Assembly: GCA_902470165.1 (NCBI GenBank) | Contig: CABRFF010000002.1 | Coordinates: forward strand, 4,562-68,561 | Origin: an uncultured Eubacteriales bacterium | GTDB lineage: Bacteria; Bacillota; Clostridia; Oscillospirales; Oscillospiraceae | Direction: 5' to 3' | DNA length: 64,000 nucleotides | In this document: positions 19,648 through 28,908 of the stretch, piece by piece | How positions within the stretch are numbered: the first letter of the stretch is position 1 | Layout: each line of letters begins with the position of its first letter | Translations under genes and position numbers: made by a program | Notes under the pieces: generated by a model | What the model was told of the DNA's origin: nothing | What the model saw: only the letters and a program-made list of their open reading frames with translations | The model's database searches: none

Positions 19648-20493
19648 TTGTTTGGCTATGTAGTGGCTGACCAGGGCAGTCTGAACCAGATACAGCTGGC
19701 CCGTTACCGGGCATGCTATTGCGGCCTCTGCCGGGCTATCGAACGGCGGCACGGCCAGCTCAGCCGCCTCTCCCTGACCTATGACATGACCTTTTTGGTT
19801 CTGCTGCTGGATTCGCTCTATGAGCCCCAACGGGACGACAGTGCCGCCCGCTGTGTGGCCCACCCGGTTCGAAAGCAGGGCCAGCGCATCAGCAAATACA
19901 CCGACTATGCCGCAGATATGAATGTAGCTCTGGCCTATTACAACTGCCTGGACGACTGGGCTGATGACCGCAATGGCCTCAAGCTGGCCTACGCCAAGGT
20001 GCTCCGCCCCAAGTACCGGCGGATCAAGGAGCGCTGGCCGGTTCAATGTGCGGCGATTGAAGATTCCCTTCACGCTCTGAGCGATCTGGAACGGGAACGC
20101 AGCGCTGATCTGGACCGGACGTCCGGATTGTTCGGCCACCTGATGGCGGCGCTGTTCACACCGGAGCAGGATCACTGGACGGAAACACTCGCCCAGCTGG
20201 GTGACACGTTGGGCCGTTTTATCTATGTGATGGACGCCTGTTTGGATCAAACCTCTGATGAAAAGCATGGCCGCTACAACCCGATTTCGGAATTTGAACG
20301 GGTAAACGGTGCGTTTGATGCAGGTCTGACCCTTAATATGCTGATTGGCGACTGTTCTATGGCCTTTGAGCATCTGCCGCTGGAGCAGGATCTGGATCTG
20401 CTCCGCAATATTTTATATTCCGGCGTCTGGTCCAAATGGGCCGCCGCCCACAAGCAGGAATCATCCCACCTGGAGGAAAAGCCTCATGATTGA
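19648..20493 (+). CDS. DUF5685-like protein
   Basis: MFGYV...YCGLC...LTYDMTFL N-terminus; TTG start at 19648. Confidence 0.75.
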   Translation: MFGYVVADQGSLNQIQLARYRACYCGLCRAIERRHGQLSRLSLTYDMTFLVLLLDSLYEPQRDDSAARCVAHPVRKQGQRISKYTDYAADMNVALAYYNCLDDWADDRNGLKLAYAKVLRPKYRRIKERWPVQCAAIEDSLHALSDLERERSADLDRTSGLFGHLMAALFTPEQDHWTETLAQLGDTLGRFIYVMDACLDQTSDEKHGRYNPISEFERVNGAFDAGLTLNMLIGDCSMAFEHLPLEQDLDLLRNILYSGVWSKWAAAHKQESSHLEEKPHD

Positions 20494-21154
20494 CGATCCC
20501 TATAAGGTATTAGGCGTATCTCCCAATGCCTCACCTGACGAAATAAAAAAAGCGTACCGGACTCTGGCCAAGAAGTATCATCCGGACCTCCACCCCAACG
20601 ATCCGGAGGCCGCCCGGAAGATGAACGAGATCAACTCGGCCTACGACCAGATCAACAATCCCCAGCGGTATCAGCAGCCTCAGCCCGGCAACTACGGACA
20701 GCAGAATCCCTTTGCCGGCGGGTACAGTGGCTATGGGTATGGGTACCAACAGCGTCAATACACCACCTACGACACCTCTCAGGACTCCACTGAGTTCCGC
20801 GCCGCCTGGCATTTTATTCAGAACGCAGAATTCGGCGAGGCCCTGAATCTGCTCAGCCGGATGGGCGCCCGGGAACGCAACGCCCGCTGGTACTACCTCA
20901 GCGGCCTGGCCAACTCCGGTCTGGGCAACAAAATTCTGGCCCTCCAGCATCTGCAGCAGGCCGTCCGCATGGATCCGGGCAATCTGGAATACCGTCAGGC
21001 ACTCTACCGCATTCAAACCGGCAGCCAGTTCTATCAGGACAACGGCGGCGCCGACTTCTGTATGGTCGGAAAACCAAACTTCTGCCTTTCCCTATGCGCC
21101 TTTACCGCACTCTGCAACTGCTGTTGCCGGCCCTGGGGATATATGGGGATGTAA
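20486..21154 (+). CDS. J-domain protein with TPR-like region and Cys-rich C-terminus
   Basis: DPYKVLGV...KKYHPDL (HPD), ARWYYLSG...[11 protein letters not shown], tail LCNCCC. Confidence 0.88.
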   Translation: MIDDPYKVLGVSPNASPDEIKKAYRTLAKKYHPDLHPNDPEAARKMNEINSAYDQINNPQRYQQPQPGNYGQQNPFAGGYSGYGYGYQQRQYTTYDTSQDSTEFRAAWHFIQNAEFGEALNLLSRMGARERNARWYYLSGLANSGLGNKILALQHLQQAVRMDPGNLEYRQALYRIQTGSQFYQDNGGADFCMVGKPNFCLSLCAFTALCNCCCRPWGYMGM

Positions 21155-21163
21155 ATACGTTCA

Positions 21164-21201
21164 AAAAAGCTCCGCAGTCCTTCAGCACTGCGGAGCTTTT
21201 T
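21164..21201. terminator. Bidirectional terminator
   Basis: AAAAAGCTCCGCAGT...ACTGCGGAGCTTTTT. Confidence 0.8.
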
Positions 21202-21207
21202 CTGTTT

Positions 21208-22794
21208 TTACTTCGCTTTGGGACCGGCGTTGACGATATTGGCCGGCATATTGGGATATTTCGCAGCAAAGTTATCCTGGAACATCTTGGCCAGCTTATT
21301 TGCCTGCTCATCATAGGCGTCCTTATCCGCCCAGGTATCCCGGGGATTCATGATCTCATCGGGCACATTAGGGCAGGACTGAGGCACATCCACGTTGAAA
21401 ATCTCGTGGTGCTTGTATTCCACATGGTCAAAGTCGCCGTTCAGTGCCGCGCTCACCATGGCGCGGGTGTACTTCAGCTTCATACGGGAGCCGACACCGT
21501 AGGGACCACCTGCCCAGCCGGTGTTCACCAGATAGACCTTGGTGCCATACTTGGCAATTTTATCACCCAGCATATTGGCATAGACAGAGGCGTCACGGGG
21601 CATAAAGGGCTCGCCAAACAGAGTGGAGAAGGTGGGCTGAGGCTCCTTGACGCCGCGCTCGGTACCGGCCAGCTTGGAGGTAAAGCCGGTGACAAAGTGA
21701 TACATGGCCGCATCAGGGGTCAGTCTGGAGATGGGAGGCAGGACGCCAAAGGCATCAGCAGTCAGGAAAATAACCACCTTGGGGATGCCGCCAACGCCGG
21801 GAATCTGCGCATTGGGGATGTAGTCCACCGGATAACCCACGCGGGTGTTTTCGGTCAGGCTGCTGTCAAAGAAGTCAAACTCCCGCGTCTCGGGGGCCAT
21901 AATCACGTTTTCCACCAGGGAACCAAACCGGATGGCGTGGTAGATGTCAGGCTCGTTCTCCTCTTCCAGGTTGATGCACTTGGCATAGCATCCGCCCTCA
22001 AAGTTAAAGATACCGCGCTCGGACCAGCCGTGTTCATCATCGCCGATGAGCATCCGGGCAGGATCCGCGGACAGCGTGGTTTTGCCGGTGCCGGACAGGC
22101 CAAAGAACACAGCAGATTCACCGGTAACCGGATCCATATTGGCCGAGCAGTGCATGGGCAAAATGTCCATATCGGTCATGATGTAGTTCATGGTGGAGAA
22201 CACGGCTTTTTTGATCTCGCCTGCATACTGGGAACCGGCGATCACAATCAGGTGTGCCTCATAGTCGATCATAATTGCGGCCTCGGAGTTGACACCGTCC
22301 ACCTCGGGATCGCACTTGAAGCCGGGAGCGCAGAGAATGGTGTAATCCGGTTCGCCGTAGTTTTCCAGCTCTTCCTGGGTGGGCCGGATCAGCAGCTGAT
22401 GGATAAACAGGTTCTGGGAAGCCAGTTCGTTGATCACCCGGAATTTCTGAGTCGCTTCGGGATCTGCGCCAGCCATGCCGTCAAAAATAAAGACCTCACG
22501 CCCCTGGAGATAGGCCGCCAGCTTGCCGCGGATCGCATCAAACTTTTCCCGGGAGATCGGACGATTGACCTTGCCCCACGCAATTTTGTCGTGGATAGTA
22601 GGGGTATCGACGATAAACTTGTCGTCGGGAGAACGCCCGGTATACTTGCCTGTGGTAACCACCAGAGCGCCGTTGTAGCTCAGAGAACCCTCTCCGCGGC
22701 GCAGAGCTGCCTCTGTCAGCTGTGCGGGCGTCAGGTTGCGATAGACAGCTTTCGGGTCAATAATCCCCAGTTTTTCAATGCCGTAGGTTTCCAT
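21208..22794 (-). CDS. pckA: Phosphoenolpyruvate carboxykinase (ATP)
   Basis: TGRSP, YAGEIKK, FFGLSGTGKTTLS, LIGDDEHGW, NFEGGCYAK. Confidence 0.97.
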   Translation of the reverse strand: METYGIEKLGIIDPKAVYRNLTPAQLTEAALRRGEGSLSYNGALVVTTGKYTGRSPDDKFIVDTPTIHDKIAWGKVNRPISREKFDAIRGKLAAYLQGREVFIFDGMAGADPEATQKFRVINELASQNLFIHQLLIRPTQEELENYGEPDYTILCAPGFKCDPEVDGVNSEAAIMIDYEAHLIVIAGSQYAGEIKKAVFSTMNYIMTDMDILPMHCSANMDPVTGESAVFFGLSGTGKTTLSADPARMLIGDDEHGWSERGIFNFEGGCYAKCINLEEENEPDIYHAIRFGSLVENVIMAPETREFDFFDSSLTENTRVGYPVDYIPNAQIPGVGGIPKVVIFLTADAFGVLPPISRLTPDAAMYHFVTGFTSKLAGTERGVKEPQPTFSTLFGEPFMPRDASVYANMLGDKIAKYGTKVYLVNTGWAGGPYGVGSRMKLKYTRAMVSAALNGDFDHVEYKHHEIFNVDVPQSCPNVPDEIMNPRDTWADKDAYDEQANKLAKMFQDNFAAKYPNMPANIVNAGPKAK

Positions 22795-22947
22795 TTGCTT
22801 AAATGCCTCCTTGGTTGATCAACCAAAACGGGCTGTGGTTTTGACCACAACTTTCACAAAACCCGTTTATAAAATTATCGTAATTTTGAGTATAACATAC
22901 TTCCCTAACAGAATACAACCGCTTTTCAGAAAAATGCCGGATCTTAA

Positions 22948-23475
22948 TCAGATTTCCTCCACCATAATTTGACAACTCTCCATAGTCGCCAGCGCCATGC
23001 GATGACGCTCCACTGTTACACCGGCACAGCAGGCCGGATCCACTGAGATGGGGACCTCCGGCATCATCGCTTTCAGCAGGAGTGCGTTGGACACCACACA
23101 GATATCGGTACACAGGCCCACCAGTTCAATCGCAATGGGTTCCTGTTCTGCCAGAGCGGCGATCTGCCGGGCCAGCGCCACACTGCCAAAGGTGGGCTTA
23201 TCCACAATTTGCGCATCGCCAAGCGCCTCTGCCACCTCGGGCACCAGCTCCCATCCCGGCGTCCCACGCACGCAGTGAACCACAGGCAGTTTCTGGCCCT
23301 CCTGGGTCTGGAGATAATCCGCTCCGTGGGTATCCCGGGTGGCAATCACGTTTTCACGCGGATATGCCTTGATTTTACGGACCACATTGGGGACAATTTT
23401 CACTGCCTCCGGTGTTCCCAGCGCACCGTCCACAAAATCCCGCTGCATATCAATGACCAATAACAGCTTTCGCAT
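22948..23475 (-). CDS. Cysteine hydrolase (isochorismatase family), probable nicotinamidase PncA
   Basis: IDMQRDFVDGALG, DTH, HC..GT.GW, KPTFGS, GLCTDICV; next to NiaR-regulated genes. Confidence 0.75.
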   Translation of the reverse strand: MRKLLLVIDMQRDFVDGALGTPEAVKIVPNVVRKIKAYPRENVIATRDTHGADYLQTQEGQKLPVVHCVRGTPGWELVPEVAEALGDAQIVDKPTFGSVALARQIAALAEQEPIAIELVGLCTDICVVSNALLLKAMMPEVPISVDPACCAGVTVERHRMALATMESCQIMVEEI

Positions 23476-23544
23476 CCAATACCATCCTTTCCTGAAAAAG
23501 GGCGACCGAGTAGGCCGCCCTTTCGTTGTTCTATCTTGTTGTAT

Positions 23545-24603
23545 TTACATCAGCTTCAGATCGTCTTCCTTGATCCAGCCGATCTTACGCAGAATGTTGC
23601 CGAAGAGCCAGCTCAGGATTGCCGGCAGCACGAAGCAGATCAGGACCAATCCCACCCAGTCGAAGGCAGTGATAGCGGTCTTGGTACCAGCGGCAATATC
23701 AGCCACCCAGCCGGTGTAGACGCCAATCTGGCCCACCAGGCCGCAGGTGCCCATACCGGAGGACACAGCCGCACCATTCATCGTCAGCTTGAAAATGCAG
23801 GTGGCGATGGGGCCGGTAATGGCAGATGCCAGCGTGGGCGGAATCCAAATCCGCGGGTTTTTCACGATGTTGCCCATCTGGAGCATAGAGGTACCGATGC
23901 CCTGGCTGACCAGGCCACCCCACCGGTTTTCCCGGAAGGACATGACGGCAAAGCCCACCATCTGAGCGCAACAGCCTGCCACTGCGGCGCCGCCGGCCAG
24001 ACCGGTCAAGCCCAGCGCCGCGCAGATTGCGGCAGAAGAGATGGGAAGGGTCAGTGCGACACCTACGATGACGGAGACAAGGATGCCCATCAGGAAGGGC
24101 TGCAACTCCGTGGCCCACATAATGACCTGTCCCACTGCGCTTGCCGCGGCACCGATGGGCGGCGCAATGGCGTAGCTCAATGCGACGCCCACGAAAATGG
24201 TCACCGCCGGCGTCACCAGAATGTCTATCTTGGTTTCTTTGGAAACGGCCTTGCCCAGTTCCGCCGCGATAATGGCGATCACCAGAACCGCCAGCGGTCC
24301 ACCGGCGCCACCCAGCTCATTGGAGGAGTAGCCTACCGCGATCAGGGAAAACAGGACCAGCGGATCCGCCTGAAGGGCATAGCCGATGGCGCAGGCCATG
24401 GCAGGGCCCGCCATGGCAGAGGCGTATGTACCGATATTGACCAGGAACTCAATTCCGGCCTGCTGTCCAATGGTTTTGATAATCGTGCCGATCAGCAGAG
24501 AACAGAACAGTCCCTGCGCCATGGCACCCAGCGCATCCACGCCATACCGTTTGGCCGATATGACGATATTTTTGCGCTTGCAGAACGCTTTGATCTTTTG
24601 CAT
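23545..24603 (-). CDS. Stand-alone PTS EIIC-like (PfoR-type) membrane protein, candidate niacin/nicotinamide transporter (NiaY-like)
   Basis: GAMAQGLF, LPISSAAI, GIGTSMLQMGNI, SGMGTCGLVG; about 10 TM; no EIIA/EIIB nearby; NiaR box upstream. Confidence 0.75.
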   Translation of the reverse strand: MQKIKAFCKRKNIVISAKRYGVDALGAMAQGLFCSLLIGTIIKTIGQQAGIEFLVNIGTYASAMAGPAMACAIGYALQADPLVLFSLIAVGYSSNELGGAGGPLAVLVIAIIAAELGKAVSKETKIDILVTPAVTIFVGVALSYAIAPPIGAAASAVGQVIMWATELQPFLMGILVSVIVGVALTLPISSAAICAALGLTGLAGGAAVAGCCAQMVGFAVMSFRENRWGGLVSQGIGTSMLQMGNIVKNPRIWIPPTLASAITGPIATCIFKLTMNGAAVSSGMGTCGLVGQIGVYTGWVADIAAGTKTAITAFDWVGLVLICFVLPAILSWLFGNILRKIGWIKEDDLKLM

Positions 24604-24652
24604 CTCTCTCAGCTCCCTATAACAGCCTTTTCTCTGTCAATCACAAACAGTT

Positions 24653-24706
24653 ACAGTTGTCTTGACAAATATGAGACCATTATAAGCCTTTTTGCACATT
24701 TGTCAA
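24653..24706 (-). promoter_or_regulatory. Promoter and NiaR operator of the EIIC-like gene
   Basis: ACAGTTGTCTTGACAAATAT (24653-24672) downstream of TTGACA(24706-24701)-16-TATAAT(24684-24679). Confidence 0.75.
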
Positions 24707-24726
24707 GTGCCATGTCAGCTGAGATG

Positions 24727-25251
24727 TCAGCTTTCCTCATCGCTTTCTACCAGATATCCCTTTGCGTCCAGTTCCTTACACACGCGCTGAAAGGCCGCCT
24801 CGTCGGGACAGCGCAAGGTGTGGATATGAATGCCGTCCGTCAGCTCGGACAGAGCATGGACGCTGTCCTGGGATGCCAGGTCCAGGAACTGGTTGACCTC
24901 ATATCGCGTGGAAACCTGGAGCTGTCCCGCCAACTGTCCATATACCGCGTGCTCCACAATGACGTCCAGTACACAGCAACCGTTATCTACACAGATGTAT
25001 AACTCCTCGCCCATCTGTTCTCCGGTGTGATTGCAGACAATCTGCCGCACAATTCCACCTTTGTCCCGGGCCAGCAGGTAGCCCTTCGGCGTGGCAGAAA
25101 TATCCGCGCCGCCCGCACGGAGCAGGGCTACGTCGCCCACGATAATCTGACGGCTGACATTAAATCGTTTTGCCAGGGTGGAGGCACTGATAGGCTGCGT
25201 CTCTCTCCGAAGTACCTCCATAATCGTTTCTCTTCTGGTCTGCGCATTCAT
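24727..25251 (-). CDS. niaR: NiaR (YrxA; HTH_11 + 3H domain) niacin-responsive repressor, paralog 1
   Basis: VSRQIIVGDVALLRA HTH, ATPKGY, H..EEL...EHAVYG...HIHT. Confidence 0.9.
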   Translation of the reverse strand: MNAQTRRETIMEVLRRETQPISASTLAKRFNVSRQIIVGDVALLRAGGADISATPKGYLLARDKGGIVRQIVCNHTGEQMGEELYICVDNGCCVLDVIVEHAVYGQLAGQLQVSTRYEVNQFLDLASQDSVHALSELTDGIHIHTLRCPDEAAFQRVCKELDAKGYLVESDEES

Positions 25252-25281
25252 ACTTCCATCCCCTTTGTCTCGTTTCCTTTC

Positions 25282-25320
25282 ATTATACTTCTGGCTTTTC
25301 TCATGTCAAGACAGTTATCC
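25282..25320 (-). promoter_or_regulatory. niaR promoter overlapped by a NiaR box (autoregulation)
   Basis: TGTCTTGACA on the minus strand (25313-25304) contains the -35 TTGACA; TATAAT at 25287-25282. Confidence 0.7.
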
Positions 25321-25379
25321 CCATTTTAAAAAAGCAGAACGGACAACCGATCACGCCGTCACTGCCGCTCTGCTTTTTC

Positions 25380-25721
25380 TCATTTTACAAACTGGTCGAT
25401 GGCCCGCTCCAGGTCGGCAATCGCCTGAAGGTTGCCCTCTTCCACCGCGTCCACAATGCAGTGGTCGATGTGGTCTTTCAGAATCACCTTGCCGGTGTTG
25501 GTCAGCGCAGACCGGACGGCAGCCAGCTGAATCAACACTTCGGTGCAGTCTTTTCCATCCTCCACCATCTGGCGCACCCGCTCCAAATGCCCGATTGCCC
25601 GGGAAATGCGGTTCAGCACCGCCTTGGTCTGCTGGTGGCTGTGGGTATGGCCGTGGTGCTCTCCGGAATGGTCGTGGGGCACGCCCTGCTCATGTAACCG
25701 CTGATGCTCTTTTTCGTCCAT
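25380..25721 (-). CDS. CsoR/RcnR/InrS-family metal-sensing repressor with His-rich N-terminus
   Basis: NRISRAIGHL...DCTEVLIQLAAVRSAL...DHIDHC; N-terminal HDHSGEHHGHTHSH. Confidence 0.9.
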   Translation of the reverse strand: MDEKEHQRLHEQGVPHDHSGEHHGHTHSHQQTKAVLNRISRAIGHLERVRQMVEDGKDCTEVLIQLAAVRSALTNTGKVILKDHIDHCIVDAVEEGNLQAIADLERAIDQFVK

Positions 25722-25768
25722 GCACTCACCTCTTTATCTAATAAAAGTACAGGATTTTTTTCAATTTG

Positions 25769-26893
25769 TCAATCACCTTTCCCCACTGCCGACAGAATCT
25801 CCTCTATTTTCCGGCAGGAAAACCGCTCGTCAAAGATCAGCCGTTCTTCCAGCGCCGCCAAATTCTCCTCTGAATACTCCATCTGCTTGGAGTAGAGCCC
25901 GGCAAGTTCGATTTGATCGGCCAGTGTAAAGGCCGTCTGTTCCGCAAACCGGGTCAGATCCAAAGCGCCAACCAGCAGACAGTCCACCGCCGCCAACTGA
26001 ACCGGCGTCAGGCAGTCTCCGGTGTATACCGCTTTGAGAAAATAGCGAAAGAGAACGTACACCACCAGGTGTTCATACTCGTATATTCTGCCGTCAACCA
26101 CTTGGCAAAACTTCCGCCACACTTTTCGCAGTCTATCTTCTGGCTCAGCCAGCAGCTTTCTCGTCCGCTCTACTGCCGCAGTCCACGCTGGGCTGATGGG
26201 CTCCAAATCCGTCAGCGCCGCCAGCCACTGTTCCACCTGTCGGCCCGCCTCAGCTGAAGGCGGAACAACTGGTGCTGTCTGCCCATTCAGTGCTGTCTGG
26301 AGTCCCGTCCAGTCTCCTTCCTCCAAAGCCATCTGCGCTGTCTGGGACATTTCCAGCGCCAGGCACAGCCGCTCGGTCAGCGGCCGTGTGCGGTCTTGGA
26401 TGACTTCCAACAGCCTCTCTCGCACGGACAACAGCATCTGTAACCGCTCTGGATCGCATTCCTCCGCGATTGCCGGCTCCGGCGTCTCTTTCAGGCAGAA
26501 TTGAACCGGCTCCGGGTCGGAAAAGAGCAACCGTCCCGCTTCCGGACAGCACAGTCCCACGCCGGTCTCCCGCAGCTCTCCAAAGGTCTCGGTAAACCGG
26601 GGGTGGTCCCGGCAGATCTGACACAGAGCACCTTCTCCCAGATGCAAAATGATCTCGCACAGGTTTTGATCGTTGAGCAGGGCACAGCGCTCTCCTTTCA
26701 GACGAAAGCAAGCTGTTTCCCCATCCCTCTGGATGGACTCCCGCAGCTGCTCGCCAAAGGCGCCACCCACCTGTTGGTAGCGCTGGGCGCTGATCTCGTC
26801 AATGTCAATCTCCCAACCGATACAGCAGTTGTCCGGACAGGCAGAGGCAATGCAGTGAAAGCGTTCGTAGTATTCCGGCACACGGAGTTTCAT
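25769..26893 (-). CDS. FliB-like lysine N-methylase / Cys-cluster protein
   Basis: FHCIASACPDNCCIGWEIDID, CALL...LCEI...LCQICRDHPR, LCCPEA. Confidence 0.75.
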   Translation of the reverse strand: MKLRVPEYYERFHCIASACPDNCCIGWEIDIDEISAQRYQQVGGAFGEQLRESIQRDGETACFRLKGERCALLNDQNLCEIILHLGEGALCQICRDHPRFTETFGELRETGVGLCCPEAGRLLFSDPEPVQFCLKETPEPAIAEECDPERLQMLLSVRERLLEVIQDRTRPLTERLCLALEMSQTAQMALEEGDWTGLQTALNGQTAPVVPPSAEAGRQVEQWLAALTDLEPISPAWTAAVERTRKLLAEPEDRLRKVWRKFCQVVDGRIYEYEHLVVYVLFRYFLKAVYTGDCLTPVQLAAVDCLLVGALDLTRFAEQTAFTLADQIELAGLYSKQMEYSEENLAALEERLIFDERFSCRKIEEILSAVGKGD

Positions 26894-27043
26894 CCTTTTG
26901 GCCCTCCTCTTCTCATGCGTCTTTGTCATTATAGCATAAAACAGCCGCTTTCCCCACCCATACCAGAGAAGTTCCCTTGCATCCCTCCCGCAGATTGGAT
27001 ATACTGGAAAGCAAGCAAGACACAACAGAAATCAGGTGAGCGA

Positions 27044-27835
27044 ATGAAGGGCAATCATGATACACTGCACCTCCTGCAGCAGGTGCGCACCGGCGCTCTG
27101 ACCCCGGAGGACGCACTGTTACAGCTGAAACTGGCCCCTTTTGAGGACCTGGGCTACGCTAAAATTGACAGCCATCGCCCCATCCGTCAGGGCGCTCCCG
27201 AGGTGCTCTACGGCGCCGGCAAAACGCCGGAACAGCTGCTGGGCATCCTCACGGCTATGGTTGAGCAGGGCAGTGAGAATATCCTGATCACCCGTATGAC
27301 GCCGGAGGCCGCAGAACTTGTCAGCGGCCAGCTGGAATTGGAGTACCACCCACTGTCCAAAATCGGCATCGCCCGGCCGACAGAGCGGCCCGCCGTCGGG
27401 AATATCGTCATCGTCACCGGCGGCACCAGCGACATCCCTGTGGCCGAGGAGGCAGCTCTCACCGCTCAGGTTCTGGGCAACCGAGTCACCTGTCTATATG
27501 ATGTAGGTGTCTCCGGCATCCACCGCACCCTGTCTCAGATGGATGTGATCATGTCCGCCCGGGTTATTATTGCGGTGGCGGGTATGGAAGGTGCCTTAGC
27601 CAGTGTGGTGGGCGGACTAGCGGACTGCCCGGTGATCGCCGTGCCCACCAGCGTGGGCTATGGCGCCAGCTTCGGCGGACTGTCCGCGCTGCTGGCCATG
27701 CTCAACTCCTGCGCCTCCGGGGTCAGTGTGGTGAATATTGACAACGGATTTGGCGCGGGCTATCAGGCCTCGATGATCAATCAGATGGAGGGGCTCTCTG
27801 CGCCCCCCGTTACGCAGGAAGGAACACAGCTATGA
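27044..27835 (+). CDS. larB: Nickel-pincer cofactor biosynthesis carboxylase LarB (PurE-like)
   Basis: AKIDSHR..RQGAPEV, GGTSDIPVAEEA, DVGVSGIHR, AGMEGALASVV, VPTSVGYG, NIDNGFGA. Confidence 0.9.
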   Translation: MKGNHDTLHLLQQVRTGALTPEDALLQLKLAPFEDLGYAKIDSHRPIRQGAPEVLYGAGKTPEQLLGILTAMVEQGSENILITRMTPEAAELVSGQLELEYHPLSKIGIARPTERPAVGNIVIVTGGTSDIPVAEEAALTAQVLGNRVTCLYDVGVSGIHRTLSQMDVIMSARVIIAVAGMEGALASVVGGLADCPVIAVPTSVGYGASFGGLSALLAMLNSCASGVSVVNIDNGFGAGYQASMINQMEGLSAPPVTQEGTQL

Positions 27836-28908
27836 ATGAATCCATCTTACAGTATGATACCGTGTCGCTGGCCCCCTCCGGCGACGCCCTCCACATCATT
27901 GACCAGACACAGCTCCCGGCGCAGCTGGTATTTTTAGATCTGCACACGCAGCCGGAGATCTGGCGCGCCATTGAGCGCCTCCAGGTCCGCGGCGCACCTG
28001 CCATCGGCGTGGCCGCCGCCTACGGGCTCTATCTGGCCTCCCGGGATATTTCGACCGCAGACCCATCCGAATTTCGGCGGCAACTTCACGATGCGGCCGA
28101 CTATCTGGCCTCTTCCCGTCCCACAGCAGTCAACCTGCGCTGGGCCCTGAACCGGATGGAGGCCGCCGTGGCAAACCTCCTCTCCGTACCGGCCATTCGG
28201 GAGACCCTGCTCCGGGAAAGCCACGCCATCCACGACGAGGATATCCGGGTCTGCCGCCAAATCGGCATCCACGGTCTGGAACTGTTGCAGCCCGGCTGGG
28301 GCATTCTCACCCACTGCAACGCCGGGCAGCTGGCTACCGTAAAGTACGGCACCGCCACCGCCCCCATCTACCTAGGACAGCAGCAGGGATACCACTTCCG
28401 TGTCTTTGCCGACGAAACCCGTCCTCTCTTGCAGGGCGCCCGTCTCACCGCCTCCGAGCTCCAGGCCGCAGGCGTCGATGTGACCCTGATCTGCGACAAC
28501 ATGGCCGCCACAGTTATGAAGCGCGGGTGGGTTCAGGCGGTCCTCGTGGGCTGCGACCGGGTGGCCGCCAACGGTGACGCCGCCAACAAAATCGGCACGC
28601 TGGGCGTGGCCATCTTGGCCAAGCGCTTCGGCATCCCCTTCTACATCTGCGCTCCCTCCTCCACCATCGATCTGAACACTCCCACCGGAGCGGAAATTCC
28701 CATCGAAGAACGGGCCGGCGCGGAGATCTCCCGCATGTGGTATGAAAAACCCATGGCCGCCGACGGCGTCAAAACCTTTAATCCCGCCTTTGATGTGACC
28801 GACGCCGATCTGATCTCCGGCATTATCACGGAATACGGTGTGGCCCGTCCTCCCTATGAGACATCCCTTCGTGAAATTTTCAAAAGAAAGGCGGCAAATC
28901 CCCTATGA
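27832..28908 (+). CDS. mtnA: Methylthioribose-1-phosphate isomerase
   Basis: VRGAPAIG, RPTAVNL, THCNAGQLAT, ETRPLLQGARLT, ANKIGT, NPAFDVT. Confidence 0.93.
   Translation: MNESILQYDTVSLAPSGDALHIIDQTQLPAQLVFLDLHTQPEIWRAIERLQVRGAPAIGVAAAYGLYLASRDISTADPSEFRRQLHDAADYLASSRPTAVNLRWALNRMEAAVANLLSVPAIRETLLRESHAIHDEDIRVCRQIGIHGLELLQPGWGILTHCNAGQLATVKYGTATAPIYLGQQQGYHFRVFADETRPLLQGARLTASELQAAGVDVTLICDNMAATVMKRGWVQAVLVGCDRVAANGDAANKIGTLGVAILAKRFGIPFYICAPSSTIDLNTPTGAEIPIEERAGAEISRMWYEKPMAADGVKTFNPAFDVTDADLISGIITEYGVARPPYETSLREIFKRKAANPL

Noticed and set aside
22840..22862. Rex-like operator upstream of pckA (TTGACCACAACTTTCACAA)
   Set aside because: Only one good half site and the spacing is off by one.
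25722..25768. CsoR/InrS G/C-tract operator upstream of the metal sensor
   Set aside because: No TAC-C-tract/G-tract-GTA palindrome is visible in this short AT-rich spacer.
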